NCBI GenBank assembly: GCA_900316955.1 | Contig: ONEX01000001.1 | Span: forward strand, 630-64,629 | Source: an uncultured Bacteroidales bacterium | GTDB lineage: Bacteria > Bacteroidota > Bacteroidia > Bacteroidales > UBA932 | DNA length: 64,000 bases | Direction of reading: 5' to 3' | In this document: in pieces, positions 29,057 through 40,200 of the stretch | How the letters are laid out: each line of letters begins with the position of its first letter | Position numbering within the stretch: the stretch's first letter is position 1 | The notes under the pieces: model-generated | What the model was told of the DNA's origin: nothing | What the model saw: the letters and a program-made list of their open reading frames with translations, nothing else | Databases searched by the model: none | Program-made: the position numbers and the translations under genes

Positions 29057-30571
29057 ATGAAAAAGATACTTGTTTTCGCACTCTCCCTCCTCGCCCTCGC
29101 GGGCTGCTCGGACCTGTTCGAGCAGATCAACCGCCCCGGCGGCCGGACCAATGACGAAGAGATGAACCGGGACGGCTGGGTCCTGATGTCCCAGATCCAG
29201 GCCCTGGAGGACCAGGCTTTCCCCGAGCAGGAGAACACCTGGCAGATGAACGTGGACCTGATCGGCAACTACTGCGGCCGGTACATGACCCATACCCAGC
29301 CCAACTGGAACAACAACTTCCAGCGGATGAACGCGCCGGAAGGCTGGGCGGCCTATCCGTTCCGCGACTGCCTTCCGAAGGTTTCCACCGCGATGCGTGA
29401 ACTCGCGCGCCGGGTGGAGAAGGATAACCCCTTCTACTGCTGGGCCCAGATCGTCCGTGCCGCGGCCCTGCTGCGCCTCACCGACACCTACGGTCCCTTC
29501 CCGATCAGCGACGACGGGACCTATGCTTCCCAGAAGGAAGTCTATTCCAGCCTCCTGGCTGACTTGGACCACGCCCTGGGCATCCTGGGGCCGATGGTGA
29601 AGGCCGATCCCGCTCTGGTGATGGGCGTCGCCGCCAAGGACCGCGTGTACGGTGGCCGGATGGCCCAGTGGGTGACCTACGGCCACTCCCTGCGGCTGCG
29701 GATGGCCGTCCGCATGCGGTTCGCCGATCCCCAGACGGCGAAGGCCGTGGCGGAATCCGCCGTCCAGGAGGGGGTGATGACCGCCAACGCCGACAACTGC
29801 GCGACCGATTTCCAGCCCAACGGCCAGTACAAGACGTCCGTGGAGTGGGGCGACAGCCGCGCCTGCGCCGATATCGAATCCTACCTCACCGGCTTCGGCG
29901 ACCCGCGCCTGACGCTCTATTTCAAGCCCACGGCGACAGCAGGCCCCCGCGCCGTGATCGGCTGCCCGGCCTCCGCCACCATCGGCGACAACTCCGTGGC
30001 CAAGGGCCTGTATTCCGCCGCCAACGTTGAAGCGTCCACCCCGGGCGTGTGGATGACCGCCGCCGAAATGTACTTTTGCCGCGCCGAGGGAGCCCTCGCC
30101 GGCTGGAACATGGGCGGGACCGCCCAGCATCTGTATGAGGAAGGCGTCCGCGCCTCCTTCGAGCAGTGGGGCGCCTCCGGCATCGACGCCTACCTCGCCG
30201 ACCAGACCTCCCTGCAGGCGAATTATGCCAATGCCGACGGCGGCTTCGGCCGCTCGGCCTACTCCCGCGTGAGCGACATCACCATCGCCTGGCGCGAAGG
30301 TGACACCGACGAGCGCAAGCTCGAGCGCATCATCACCCAGAAGTGGCTGGCGATGTTCCCCTACGGCGACGAGGCCTGGGCGGAACTCCGCCGCACCGGC
30401 TATCCGAAGGTGTTCGCCCTTTCCCCGGCCGCCGTCACCGGCGCCGACGTCCCGAACCGCGTCCCCTTCGACCCGAAGGAAGCCGTCAACAACCGGGACA
30501 ACTACCAGGCCGCCCTGGCGCTGCTGGGCGGGGCCGACGACTACATGACCAAGATGTGGTGGCAGCGTTAA
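29057..30571 (+). CDS. susD: SusD/RagB family lipoprotein (PUL 1)
   Basis: LAGC lipobox; TDTYGPFP, HSLRLRMAVR, ERIITQKWLA, EAWAELRRTGYP. Confidence 0.93.
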   Translation: MKKILVFALSLLALAGCSDLFEQINRPGGRTNDEEMNRDGWVLMSQIQALEDQAFPEQENTWQMNVDLIGNYCGRYMTHTQPNWNNNFQRMNAPEGWAAYPFRDCLPKVSTAMRELARRVEKDNPFYCWAQIVRAAALLRLTDTYGPFPISDDGTYASQKEVYSSLLADLDHALGILGPMVKADPALVMGVAAKDRVYGGRMAQWVTYGHSLRLRMAVRMRFADPQTAKAVAESAVQEGVMTANADNCATDFQPNGQYKTSVEWGDSRACADIESYLTGFGDPRLTLYFKPTATAGPRAVIGCPASATIGDNSVAKGLYSAANVEASTPGVWMTAAEMYFCRAEGALAGWNMGGTAQHLYEEGVRASFEQWGASGIDAYLADQTSLQANYANADGGFGRSAYSRVSDITIAWREGDTDERKLERIITQKWLAMFPYGDEAWAELRRTGYPKVFALSPAAVTGADVPNRVPFDPKEAVNNRDNYQAALALLGGADDYMTKMWWQR

Positions 30572-30589
30572 TCCCTTAATCGACAGCGT

Positions 30590-31708
30590 ATGAAAAGCAT
30601 ACATCGAATCATTCTGACCCTGGGCGCCTGCCTCCTGCTGCTGAGCGCCTGCGAGAAATGGACAGAAACCCGGGTACAACACCCCATCCAGCTCACGGAG
30701 CTGGTCAAGAGCGAAGCGTATTATGAGGCGCTGCGTGCCTACAAGGGTTCCGATCATTCAGTTGCCTTCGGTTGGTTCGGCAACTGGACCGGCACCGGCG
30801 CCTCTTTGGAAAACTCGATGATGGGCCTGCCCGACAGCGTGGACTTCGTGTCCATGTGGGGCGGCTGGGCCGGTCCGAGCGAAGAGAAGCTGGCCGACCT
30901 GAAGAAGGTCCGGGAACTCAAGGGCACCAAGGCCCTGGTGTGCTTCCTGGTCTTCGACATCGGCGACCAGATCACCCCGCCCGCCCCGGCGGACTACGCC
31001 GGCGAAAACTGGCGCCACGAATTCTGGGGCTGGGGGACCACGATGGACGAGCATGTGGCCGCGACGCGGAAATATGCCCAGGCCCTGCTGGACACGATCG
31101 CCAAATACGACTATGACGGCTTCGACCTGGATGCCGAGCCCAGCTACGCCCAGCCTTTCCCCACGGACAAGGAACTGTGGCGGGCCGGCCCCGAGGTCAT
31201 GGAAGCGTTCGTGAACACCCTCGCGACCGAGCTTGGCCCGAAGGCTGGCAAGGGCAAGCTCCTGGTGATCGACGGCGAGCCCGAGGCCATGGACGCCAAA
31301 TATGCGGAATACTTCGACTACTTCATCCTCCAGGCCTACGGGTCGTACAGCGAGGACGGCCTGAACAACCGCTACCGGAACCAGGTGCGCCACTGGACCC
31401 AGACCAATCCCGAAACCGGCGCGCCGTACCTCACGGCCGAGCAGGTGGCGAACAAGCTCATTGTCTGCGAGAATTTCGAGGCCTATGCCCAGAAGGGTGG
31501 CTCCGAGTTCAAGCGTCCCAACGGCGACTCCGTCCCTTCCCTGAAGGGCATGGCCCTGTGGCAGCCCACCGATGCCGACGGCAACGTCTATCGCAAGGGC
31601 GGCGTCGGGACCTACCACATGGAGTATGAATACAAGGTGCCCGGCAAGGAAGGGACCTATCCCTGGCTGCGCGAGGCCATCCAACTAATGAATCCCCGTA
31701 TCTATTAA
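30590..31708 (+). CDS. GH18 endo-beta-N-acetylglucosaminidase-like lipoprotein
   Basis: LSAC lipobox; LPDSVDFVSMW and intact DGFDLDAE catalytic motif; follows SusD. Confidence 0.88.
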   Translation: MKSIHRIILTLGACLLLLSACEKWTETRVQHPIQLTELVKSEAYYEALRAYKGSDHSVAFGWFGNWTGTGASLENSMMGLPDSVDFVSMWGGWAGPSEEKLADLKKVRELKGTKALVCFLVFDIGDQITPPAPADYAGENWRHEFWGWGTTMDEHVAATRKYAQALLDTIAKYDYDGFDLDAEPSYAQPFPTDKELWRAGPEVMEAFVNTLATELGPKAGKGKLLVIDGEPEAMDAKYAEYFDYFILQAYGSYSEDGLNNRYRNQVRHWTQTNPETGAPYLTAEQVANKLIVCENFEAYAQKGGSEFKRPNGDSVPSLKGMALWQPTDADGNVYRKGGVGTYHMEYEYKVPGKEGTYPWLREAIQLMNPRIY

Positions 31709-31720
31709 TCCCTTACGACG

Positions 31721-32935
31721 ATGAAAAAGCAACTGATCCAGCTCATCGCGGCGGCGTCCGTCCTCGTCTCCGTGGCCTCCTGCCACGAAGCCGTGTACAC
31801 CCCGCTCTCCGGCACGGGTACGGGCGTGGCCTTCATTGCCCAGACCCAGACCCTGTCCTATGCCTCCCAGACCGTCACGCTGGGCAACGAGGAGGTCTTC
31901 GTGGACGCCAGCATCCGCCTGTCCGACCCGGCGGCCGAGGACTGCACGTTCTCGCTCCGCAAGGACGAGCCCGGCCTCACGGCCTTCAACAACCGCAAGT
32001 CCACCACCTATGTCCCGCTTCCGGAGGGCTTCTATTCCCTGACCGATGCGGAGGACAATCCCATCACCGAGGTCACCGTGGCGAAGGGGCAGTCCATCTC
32101 CCCGTCCGTCCGGGTGCACGTGAAGCCCCTGACGGAGGAGATGGTCCTCTCCGGCCAGAAATACGCCCTCCCCATCGTCGCAGACAGCCGGGACGGCAAG
32201 GTGGAGATGCTGCGCTCGGCCTCTTCGATGGTCTATGTGCTGGACCGCATCCCCATCCAGGACGTTCCCGTGATCAACTACGACACCGCCGTGTACGGCC
32301 TCTTCAACGGATCGGCCGAGAGCTTCACCCAGTGGACCTGGGAGACGAACATCAACATGGACCGGCTCGGCGAAGGCCTCGGCCAGCTGAACAACCAGTA
32401 CATCTTCAACATCGCGGCCGACCAGGAGATCTACATCCGCTTCGGTGACGCCCCGATCGACGGCCGCGTGCTGCAGATCAAGACCCAGGGCACCCAGATG
32501 AACAGCCAGACGATGTTCTCCCAGAACACCTGGTACCACATCGCCTTCGTGTGCGACGGCTCCCAGGTGGCCCTGTACGTGAACGGCCAGCTGGACAACA
32601 CACTGGACGTGGAGGGCCGCACCTACACCCTCTCCGCCCCCTCCGGCGACCGCCCCGCCAACTTCAGCATGTGCCGCACGACCTACTTCAGGGCCAACGC
32701 CATGTTCGCCGAGATGCGTTTCTGGAAGGTGGCCCGCAGCCAGGCCGAGATCCAGAACAACATGTATTCCTGCGACCCTTCCACCGAAGGCCTCCTGTGC
32801 TACTACAAGTTCAACGAGGGAGAAGGCGGCGACTTCGCCGATTCCTCGATGGGCGGCGAGGCGGGCCTGGCCCGCGCCCATGCCTGGGACGGCGCCCCGC
32901 AGTGGCGGAAGGACGTCCGGATTGACGGTAAATAA
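31721..32935 (+). CDS. DUF1735 + LamG/concanavalin-like glycan-binding lipoprotein
   Basis: VASC lipobox; YVPLPEGFYSL, YALPI; WYHIAFVCDG...LYVNG, EMRFWKVARSQAEI, YYKFNEGEG. Confidence 0.85.
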   Translation: MKKQLIQLIAAASVLVSVASCHEAVYTPLSGTGTGVAFIAQTQTLSYASQTVTLGNEEVFVDASIRLSDPAAEDCTFSLRKDEPGLTAFNNRKSTTYVPLPEGFYSLTDAEDNPITEVTVAKGQSISPSVRVHVKPLTEEMVLSGQKYALPIVADSRDGKVEMLRSASSMVYVLDRIPIQDVPVINYDTAVYGLFNGSAESFTQWTWETNINMDRLGEGLGQLNNQYIFNIAADQEIYIRFGDAPIDGRVLQIKTQGTQMNSQTMFSQNTWYHIAFVCDGSQVALYVNGQLDNTLDVEGRTYTLSAPSGDRPANFSMCRTTYFRANAMFAEMRFWKVARSQAEIQNNMYSCDPSTEGLLCYYKFNEGEGGDFADSSMGGEAGLARAHAWDGAPQWRKDVRIDGK

Positions 32936-32949
32936 ACGAGACCTGCCTT

Positions 32950-34734
32950 ATGAAAAAAGCGATATCGATCCTGTTGTCCGCCTGCGTCGCCTTCGTGTCC
33001 TGCCAGGAAGAGCTGCAGCCCGGAACGCCGCTTTACCCCGTCGGGGAAGAGAACTTCGACGCCGTGAAAGTGTACGTGAACGAACTGGACAACAACAACG
33101 TTTACAAGAGCTATTACAACTCCACGCCCCTGTTCGTGGAGATTCCCGAGGATACGGCCTCCTTCCACGTGCAGCTGAATAGGGCGCTGTCGGAGGATGT
33201 CGTCGTGAAAGCCTCCCTGGAGGGCCTTCCGGACGGGACCTGGAAGTTTGTCGACGGGCATGGACAGGTGACCGTTCCCGCCGGTTCCAAGGTGTCCTCC
33301 TCGGACATCCGGCTGGTGCTGCTGGAGAACGAGACCCTCATCCACCAGCCCGAGTACACCGACGCCAAGGTCCGCCTGGAAGTGGTGAGCGGGCCTGCCG
33401 AAGTGGGCGCGAACCTGAACACGTTCACCTGGAACATCCGCAACCGGTACACCATCATCCACCTGGTGCAGGTGGCCGACGCCGACCTGGACCAGTCCAC
33501 CCGGTACATCGCCTCCGACGTGGACATCATCACGACCTTCGACTATCCGGACCGCGTGATGGACGGCCTCTTCACCGGCTATGTGTACGGGTCGAAGGCG
33601 ACGTTCGACGGCAGCGGGAAGCTGACTTACGATCAGTACCTGATCTTCGACCTGCGGGAGAAGACGCAGCTGGACGCCGTGGGCTTCGTGCCGTACCTGA
33701 CTTCGTCTAACTATTCCCGCTACTGGATCTCCGAGGCGGAATGCTTCATCTCCAATGACGGTGAGAACTGGACGAGCGTGGGGACGCTGAGCTTCGGCGA
33801 ACCCGCAGAAGGACAGTGGGCCCTGGTGACGTTTTACGAGCCGGTCGTCACCCGTTTCTTCAAGATGCGCCCGCTCGGGAACTATGGCCACTACTACTCC
33901 AGCGTCTTTTTCTCCGAGGCCGCTCCGTTCGGCCCGCTGTCGATGCGCGGAATCCGGATCACGCCGGAAGATGCCACGGTCCGCGTGGGCAAGACCATCA
34001 CCCTGACCGCCACCAAGGTGCCGTCCAACGCCCCCGAGGAGGCCGTGATCGCCTGGAGCTCCGACAATCCTTCCGTGGCGACGGTCGATGCCGAAGGCAA
34101 TGTCACCGGCGTTTCCGAGGGTATCGTGAAGATCTCCGCCAGCGCCAACGGGTTCGCCCGGACCATCGAGGTGGCCGTGAAGCCGTACGCCGAACCGGCG
34201 TTCTTCGGCAGCTATACCATGCACGCCTCCACGAGCAACTCCTCCACCTCCACGACGGAGCGCCACTTCGAGTTGCTGAAGGTCGATGAGGACCATGTGT
34301 CCGTCCGCTTCTCGGACGAGAGCCAGATGCGCGTGATCGACGGCAAGGAGGCCTGGCTCGTCGGCACGTTCCCGCTCACCAAGGTGGACGGCGATCACTA
34401 CCGGCTGACTTGGAACGCGGGCGCCGTGTTCAGCGAGAACTTCCTGACGGCCAGCGGCCAGAAGGTGACCCTGGTGAGCGCCAGCTTGTTCCGCGGCGGA
34501 TACACCGGCAACAGTTACCGCAGCCTCGACCCCGAGACCTCCGTGGACATCGACTTCGTCTATGACGAGGCCAGCGGCAAGTTCAAGGGCTCGTTCGGCG
34601 AGTCCCACTGGGGGACGAACGAGGTGACGGCGATCGGCCTGTACTACGAATACCTCAACAGCTCGGGCCGTACCGTTTCCGGCAACTGGCTGCTGATGTG
34701 CAAGAACGCGCTCTTCGAATGGTCGCGTGATTGA
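32950..34734 (+). CDS. Surface lipoprotein with discoidin (F5/8 C)-like and Big_2 Ig-like domains
   Basis: FVSC lipobox; LIFDL, ISNDGENWTSVG, VVTRFFKM; ATVRVGKTITLTAT..WSSDNPSVATVDAEGNVTGV. Confidence 0.75.
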   Translation: MKKAISILLSACVAFVSCQEELQPGTPLYPVGEENFDAVKVYVNELDNNNVYKSYYNSTPLFVEIPEDTASFHVQLNRALSEDVVVKASLEGLPDGTWKFVDGHGQVTVPAGSKVSSSDIRLVLLENETLIHQPEYTDAKVRLEVVSGPAEVGANLNTFTWNIRNRYTIIHLVQVADADLDQSTRYIASDVDIITTFDYPDRVMDGLFTGYVYGSKATFDGSGKLTYDQYLIFDLREKTQLDAVGFVPYLTSSNYSRYWISEAECFISNDGENWTSVGTLSFGEPAEGQWALVTFYEPVVTRFFKMRPLGNYGHYYSSVFFSEAAPFGPLSMRGIRITPEDATVRVGKTITLTATKVPSNAPEEAVIAWSSDNPSVATVDAEGNVTGVSEGIVKISASANGFARTIEVAVKPYAEPAFFGSYTMHASTSNSSTSTTERHFELLKVDEDHVSVRFSDESQMRVIDGKEAWLVGTFPLTKVDGDHYRLTWNAGAVFSENFLTASGQKVTLVSASLFRGGYTGNSYRSLDPETSVDIDFVYDEASGKFKGSFGESHWGTNEVTAIGLYYEYLNSSGRTVSGNWLLMCKNALFEWSRD

Positions 34735-34760
34735 TACACAACAACTTAAACTATGAACGG

Positions 34761-34800
34761 AGGAGGCCGGCCCCGAAACAATGGGGTCGGCCTCCTTTTT
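34761..34800 (+). terminator. Terminator between convergent PULs
   Basis: AGGAGGCCGGCCCC-loop-GGGGTCGGCCTCCT plus TTTT. Confidence 0.8.
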
Positions 34801-34817
34801 GGTCGTTTACGACGGAA

Positions 34818-35630
34818 TCAGTCCAGCGTGCACTTGATGTACTGGTAGTCGCCCGTCAGGTAGGGAGCCTCCGTGACGCCCACCATGAACGCGATCACGT
34901 CCTTTTCCGTACCGGTGTAGCCGGACGACTTGGGCGTGGGGCCATAGTGCGGGGCGCCGGTGAAGAGGGCCCAGGCGGCCGTGCTGTAGTCCGTGTAGAA
35001 CGTGGGCGTGATTCCCGCGAAGTGCTCCTCCAGCCGGTCGTTGTAGTCGTCCAGGACCGACTGGACAAAGTCGGGATCCGAGGGGCTGCCGGCCGAGGCG
35101 GGCACGGTGAAGTAGCCGTAGTACCCGTCGACGGTGTTGGCATAGTAGTAGCCGCTGTAGTACTGGAAACGCCAGTCGGTCCGGCGGTTGGGCACGATCT
35201 TGCGTTTTCCCACGAGGACGGAGAAGGCCAGGTAGTGCCGCACCATGTCGTAGCGCGAGGCGTACTGCGGATCCTCGATCCGGAGGTCGAAGGTCTGTTC
35301 CACCTGCTCTTCGATGTTGGGGAAGCGGACCGTGAAGCTGGTTTCCGCCTGTCCCGCCTCGAAGCGGATGGGCTCCGCCTCGAAGGCGGACGGGGCGTTC
35401 ACGACCACCGGAACGGTGATGGCGTCGTCCGTGCGCGTCCGGGCCGCCTTGAAGGTGAATTCGTGCGGCGCGGAAGGGCGCACCAGGAAGGAACCGCCCT
35501 GTCCCTCCGGGAAATAGACCCCGTAGCAGCCGGCCGGATCGGCCTCGCCGGGAACATAGGCTTCTTCGCGCGCGCATGAAAGGGCGAGCGCACCGAGAAG
35601 GAATATCCAAAAGCGCTTTTTCATCATCAT
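34818..35630 (-). CDS. Hypothetical PUL lipoprotein
   Basis: True start inside the 534-aa ORF: MMMKKRFWIFLLGALALSC; CYGVYFP Ig-like N-domain; C-domain shared with 42469-43863. Confidence 0.8.
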   Translation of the reverse strand: MMMKKRFWIFLLGALALSCAREEAYVPGEADPAGCYGVYFPEGQGGSFLVRPSAPHEFTFKAARTRTDDAITVPVVVNAPSAFEAEPIRFEAGQAETSFTVRFPNIEEQVEQTFDLRIEDPQYASRYDMVRHYLAFSVLVGKRKIVPNRRTDWRFQYYSGYYYANTVDGYYGYFTVPASAGSPSDPDFVQSVLDDYNDRLEEHFAGITPTFYTDYSTAAWALFTGAPHYGPTPKSSGYTGTEKDVIAFMVGVTEAPYLTGDYQYIKCTLD

Positions 35631-37288
35631 TCCGTCCAAATGGTTAACGTATTGCTCGGGTCGGGATTGTTGTATCCCTGCAGGACCGGGTTGCCCTGGA
35701 TTTCGGCCCGGGGGATCACGAAATTCCAGGTCGGGGAAATGCCCTCCACGTTGTACCGGTACTTGGCCAGGGCGTTGGTCCCGGAAAAGCCCAGGCGGAA
35801 GCCGGTTCCGAGCCGCTTGCAGTCGAAGAAGATCAATCCTTCGCCCCAGAGCTCGACCCGCTTCTGGAAGAAGACCTCCTTCTGGAAATCCGCGGCCGTG
35901 GCGATGTCGTCGCAGGAATACTGCGGGTTCCGGGTGGAGACGAGGGAGACGAGCGCCTGCTTGCCGCCCGCGAGGTCGCCGGCCATCGCCAGCGCTTCGG
36001 CGCGGATCAGGTACATCTCCTCCATCCGCATCAGCGGAACGTCCACGGCGCCGCCTTCCTTGTAGCCGGCGCAGTCGCCGCCGGCCGGGCGGAACTTCAG
36101 GTTCGCATAGGGCGGCAGGCCCTTTTCGGTGCTGTTCTGTTCCCCGTCGATGGCCCGGTTCACCTTGTACGCGTAGTACCGGTTGTAGAGCGGGTCGATC
36201 CAGGAGTGCTTGCGCCAGTCCGTGTCCGGAATCCGGTTGTACACCGTCTTGTTGATACCGCGGGCGGAGCTCCAGCCGTAGGAGGTCCAGGTCTCTTCGT
36301 TGGACATATGGGAGACGAAGCTGCCCAGGTTGTGCACGTGGTCCACGTCTACGGGGACGTACCACATCCAGGAGTTGCTGTTGGCCGTGTAGTTGTTGAA
36401 CCCGGCCGTGGGGCTCTCCCACTGGTCCTGCGTGAGCGGCGAGCCGCCGAACGCGGTGAGGGCCCGCAGGGCGTACTCGGCGGCGTTGTCGAAGGCGCCG
36501 GAGACCCCGGCGGAACCCCGTTCCAGCCAGGCCCGCGCCTTCAGGCCGTACACGACGGCGATGTCCGGGAACACCCCGTTCCCCTTGCCCTTGTCCGCGA
36601 GCATCTCCTCGGCCTTGTCCAGGTCGGAGAAAATCTGCGCGTAAATCTCCTCCACGGAGGCGCGCGGGTTGTTCCGGGCCTGGTCGACGCCCATCCCCTC
36701 CACGACGATGGGCACCGTCTGGCCGGAGAGGTCCTTGTCGCTGCGGTAGGAGGCGCTCACCGACGGGTCCGTCACGGGCTTGAACTCATACATCCGGGCG
36801 AGGTTCAGGTAGCAGAACGCCCGGTAGGCGAGCGCCTGGCCCAGGATGGTCTGGCTGGTGTCCCGGTCGGGCTTGTAGCCGATGATGCTCACCAGGTTGT
36901 TGCAGGTGCGGATGTACTTGTACAGCGTCACCCAGGGGACGGAGGCGATGTCGGAGCCTTCGCCGATGGAATAGACGTTCCGGATCCAGTACATGAACCA
37001 GTCGTAGTTGTCCTTCCCGTTGAGGACCAGTTCGCCCGCGAGGGTGTCGAACATGATCATCAGGCCCGGGTAGGAGAAGTCGTAGTCGTTGGAGTTGCGG
37101 GTGCCGTTCCGCGAGAAGTACGGCGTCACCATCTGGGCGGGAATGCCGTTGAGCATTCCCTGCAGGGCCTCGTCGGACTCGGCCAGCATCTGCTCGGTGG
37201 CCACGGTCGTGGGAATGTCTTCCCGGAGGCAGCCGGTCGCGGCCAGCAGGGCCGCCGCGAAAGCCAGTATGTATCTTCTTGTCTTCAT
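35627..37288 (-). CDS. susD: RagB/SusD family lipoprotein (PUL 2)
   Basis: ATGC lipobox; GQALAYRAFCYLNLARMY, RMEEMYLIRAEA, KRVELWGEG. Confidence 0.93.
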   Translation of the reverse strand: MKTRRYILAFAAALLAATGCLREDIPTTVATEQMLAESDEALQGMLNGIPAQMVTPYFSRNGTRNSNDYDFSYPGLMIMFDTLAGELVLNGKDNYDWFMYWIRNVYSIGEGSDIASVPWVTLYKYIRTCNNLVSIIGYKPDRDTSQTILGQALAYRAFCYLNLARMYEFKPVTDPSVSASYRSDKDLSGQTVPIVVEGMGVDQARNNPRASVEEIYAQIFSDLDKAEEMLADKGKGNGVFPDIAVVYGLKARAWLERGSAGVSGAFDNAAEYALRALTAFGGSPLTQDQWESPTAGFNNYTANSNSWMWYVPVDVDHVHNLGSFVSHMSNEETWTSYGWSSARGINKTVYNRIPDTDWRKHSWIDPLYNRYYAYKVNRAIDGEQNSTEKGLPPYANLKFRPAGGDCAGYKEGGAVDVPLMRMEEMYLIRAEALAMAGDLAGGKQALVSLVSTRNPQYSCDDIATAADFQKEVFFQKRVELWGEGLIFFDCKRLGTGFRLGFSGTNALAKYRYNVEGISPTWNFVIPRAEIQGNPVLQGYNNPDPSNTLTIWTE

Positions 37289-37294
37289 GGCCGT

Positions 37295-40200
37295 CTAGAA
37301 CTTTAAGGTGATACCGAGGGACACGGTCCGGACCGGGACGAAATTCGCCGTGGACGGGCTTCCGGTGAAGGAGCCGCGCGGGTCGAATCCCTTCCGGGCC
37401 GACCAGTACCAGACATTCTCGCAGGACCCGTACAGCCGGAGCGACTGGAGGCCGATCCGGGAGACCCGGGCGGACGGGAACGTGTACCCGATGTTGATGT
37501 TCTCGATGTTCAGGTAGCTGGCGTCGGTGATGAAGCGGTCCGACGTGGAGGCCGCGTACGTGTCGCCGAACACCCACCGGGGGATGTCGCTGCCGGTGTT
37601 CTCCGGGGTCCACGCCTTCAGGACGTCCTTGTGGAAGTTGGCGCCCGTCGTGGTGCCCGGAGGCGTCATCAGGGAGGAATAGCCGCTGTCGTAGGCCTTG
37701 CCGCCCAGCTGCCAGGAGGTCTGGACGGACAGGTCGAAGCCCTTCCAGGCGAAGCTCGTCCCCAGGCCGCCGTACAGTTCCGGGATCGGGTTGTTGCCCA
37801 GGTAGTAGGTCGCCTCGGAATACACGGACGTGGGCTCCTTCCCGGTCACGTTCCCTTCGGCGTCCTTGATGTCCTTCCACCAGCGGGAGACGCCGGTTTC
37901 CGGGTCGGGGCCGGCATAGGATTTCAGGTACCGGGTGTAGAGCGGAAGGCCCTCGCCGTAGAAGTAGGAGCCGCTCGCGTAGCCGCCATACCCTTCCACG
38001 ACCGCCGACTTGTGCTGTTCGTGCAGCTTCGTGATCCGGTTGCGCACGCGCGTGGCGTTGAAGTCGGCGCTCCAGCGGAAGTCGTTGCGGTCGATGATGT
38101 GATACGTCAGGGCGAACTCCACGCCGTAGTTCTTCATGTCGCCCACGTTGTCGTAGAAGCCGCTGTAGCCGTTGGACGGGGCCACGGAGAAGAAGAACAG
38201 CATGTCGGAGGTCTTGCGGTCGAACCATTCGAAGGAGCCGTCCAGGCGGCCCTTGAACAGGGTGAACTCCAGGCCCGCATTGATGTTCATGTTGGTTTCC
38301 CAGGTGATGTTCTCGTTGCCCACCTGGTACTCCGGCGTGGACAGTTCCCCGCCCGCCGTGGTGATGGAGTACAGGTTCGCATACCGGAACGAGCCGATGG
38401 AATCGTTGCCCTGGGAGCCGACGGACGCCTTGACCTTGAGCATGTCCAGCCAGGGCGCCTGCGGGAACCAGGGCTCCTTGTTCAGGATCCAGGCGCCGCC
38501 CACGGACCAGAAGGAGCCCCACGCGTGCTGGGGATGGAAGCGGGAGCTGCCGTCCCGGCGGAAGGAAGCGCTGGCGAAGATGCGCGACGCATAGTCATAC
38601 TGGACCCGCGACAGGAAGCCTTCCGTGTTGTAGGTCGACGTCTGGGACGAGGCGGCCTGACCGTCGATGAGCGCCCCGTCCAGCTCCAGGTTGTCGGCGG
38701 AGAACATCTTGGTCTTGTATCCGTACAGGTACGCGTAGTCGTACCCGTAGTACTCGTGGCCCACGAGGACGTTCAGGTTGTGCTGGCCGAACTGCTGCGT
38801 GTAGTTCAGCAGCTGCTGGGTGTTCAGGGTGGTGGTCCGGGAATGGGACTTGGTCACGGAACCTCCGGAGGGAGCGAACTGCCCGTAGAACATGTTGGAC
38901 ACGTACGTGGTCCGGTACTCGTCCACGTTCAGGGCGGCGTTCACGGTGAACTTGAAGTACTTCAGGAAGGTGAAGTCCGCCGTGCCGTTCATGTTGAAGG
39001 CGTTGCCCTTGTGGTTGTTCGTGTTCAGCTGGTTGGCCATCAGCGCGTTTGCGTTCGGGAGGATGGGCCGGGTGAGCCCGGCGTTCATCCCGTCGCCGTA
39101 GTCCATCATCCGGAAACCGTTCCCGTCCACCATCACCTGGCCGGAAGCGTCCCGGACGTACAGCGGATAGATGGGCGCCACCCGGGAGGTGAAGGCCCAG
39201 ATGTTACCCGTGCTGGTGGAGTTCCCGTTGTTCGAGAGCGAGTTGTACTCGTAGCCCGTGTAGGCCATGTTCCCGGTGAGCTTCACCCACGGTTTGGCCT
39301 GCCAGTCCAGCCGGAGGCGGGACGTCAGGCGCTCCATGTCGGAGTTGAAGGTGATGCCCTGGTTGTCCAGCCAGCCGAGCGACGCGTAGGCGTTCATCTT
39401 CTCGGAACCGCCCATCGCGCTCAGGTTGTATTCCTGGCGGATGGAGTTGCGGTAGCCGGCCTTCATCCAGTCGTCCGGGAGCAGGAGGTAGTCCTGCCCG
39501 CCATGGTTCGCGAAACGGCCCAGGGTGGCCCTGGGATTGAGTTTTCCGTTCTCGCCGATGAGGGCCTGACCCTGCGGGACGGTGTACACCAGGTAGCCCA
39601 GGCTGCCGTTGGCGCCCGGTTCGGTCATGGCCGCGTTCGCGAGCAGCCAGGCTTCGCCCGGGTGGTTCCCCTGGTCCACGAAGTAGTTCTTCAGGGCCGC
39701 ATAGTGCGTCTGGTAGTACTCCGCCGGGTTGGTGATGTAGTCGTAGTTCTGCAGGGCGCGGGTGTTCAGGCCCACCTTCGCGTCCAGCGAGATGACGGCG
39801 TCCTTCTCGCGGGAGCGCTTGGTCGTGATGATGATGACGCCGTTCGCGCCGCGGGCGCCGTACAGGGAGTTGGAGGCGGCGTCCTTGAGGACGGACATCG
39901 ATTCCACGTCCTGCGGGTTGATCATGTTCATGTCCTCGACGGGCATGCCGTCCACGATGAACAGCGGACTCTGCCCGGCGTTGATGGAACTGAAACCGCG
40001 GATGCGGATGGAGGGCGTGTCGCCGGCGGCGCCGGAGGTGGTGCTCATCTGCACGCCCGCCACCTTTCCATACAGGGCGGAAGTGACGGCGGTGACCTGC
40101 GACTTGGCGAGTTCATCGGCCTTCACCACCTTCGCGGAGCCCGTGAAGGACTCCTTGGTGGAGGTGCCGAAGGCCACGACGATGGTCTCGTCCAGCATCT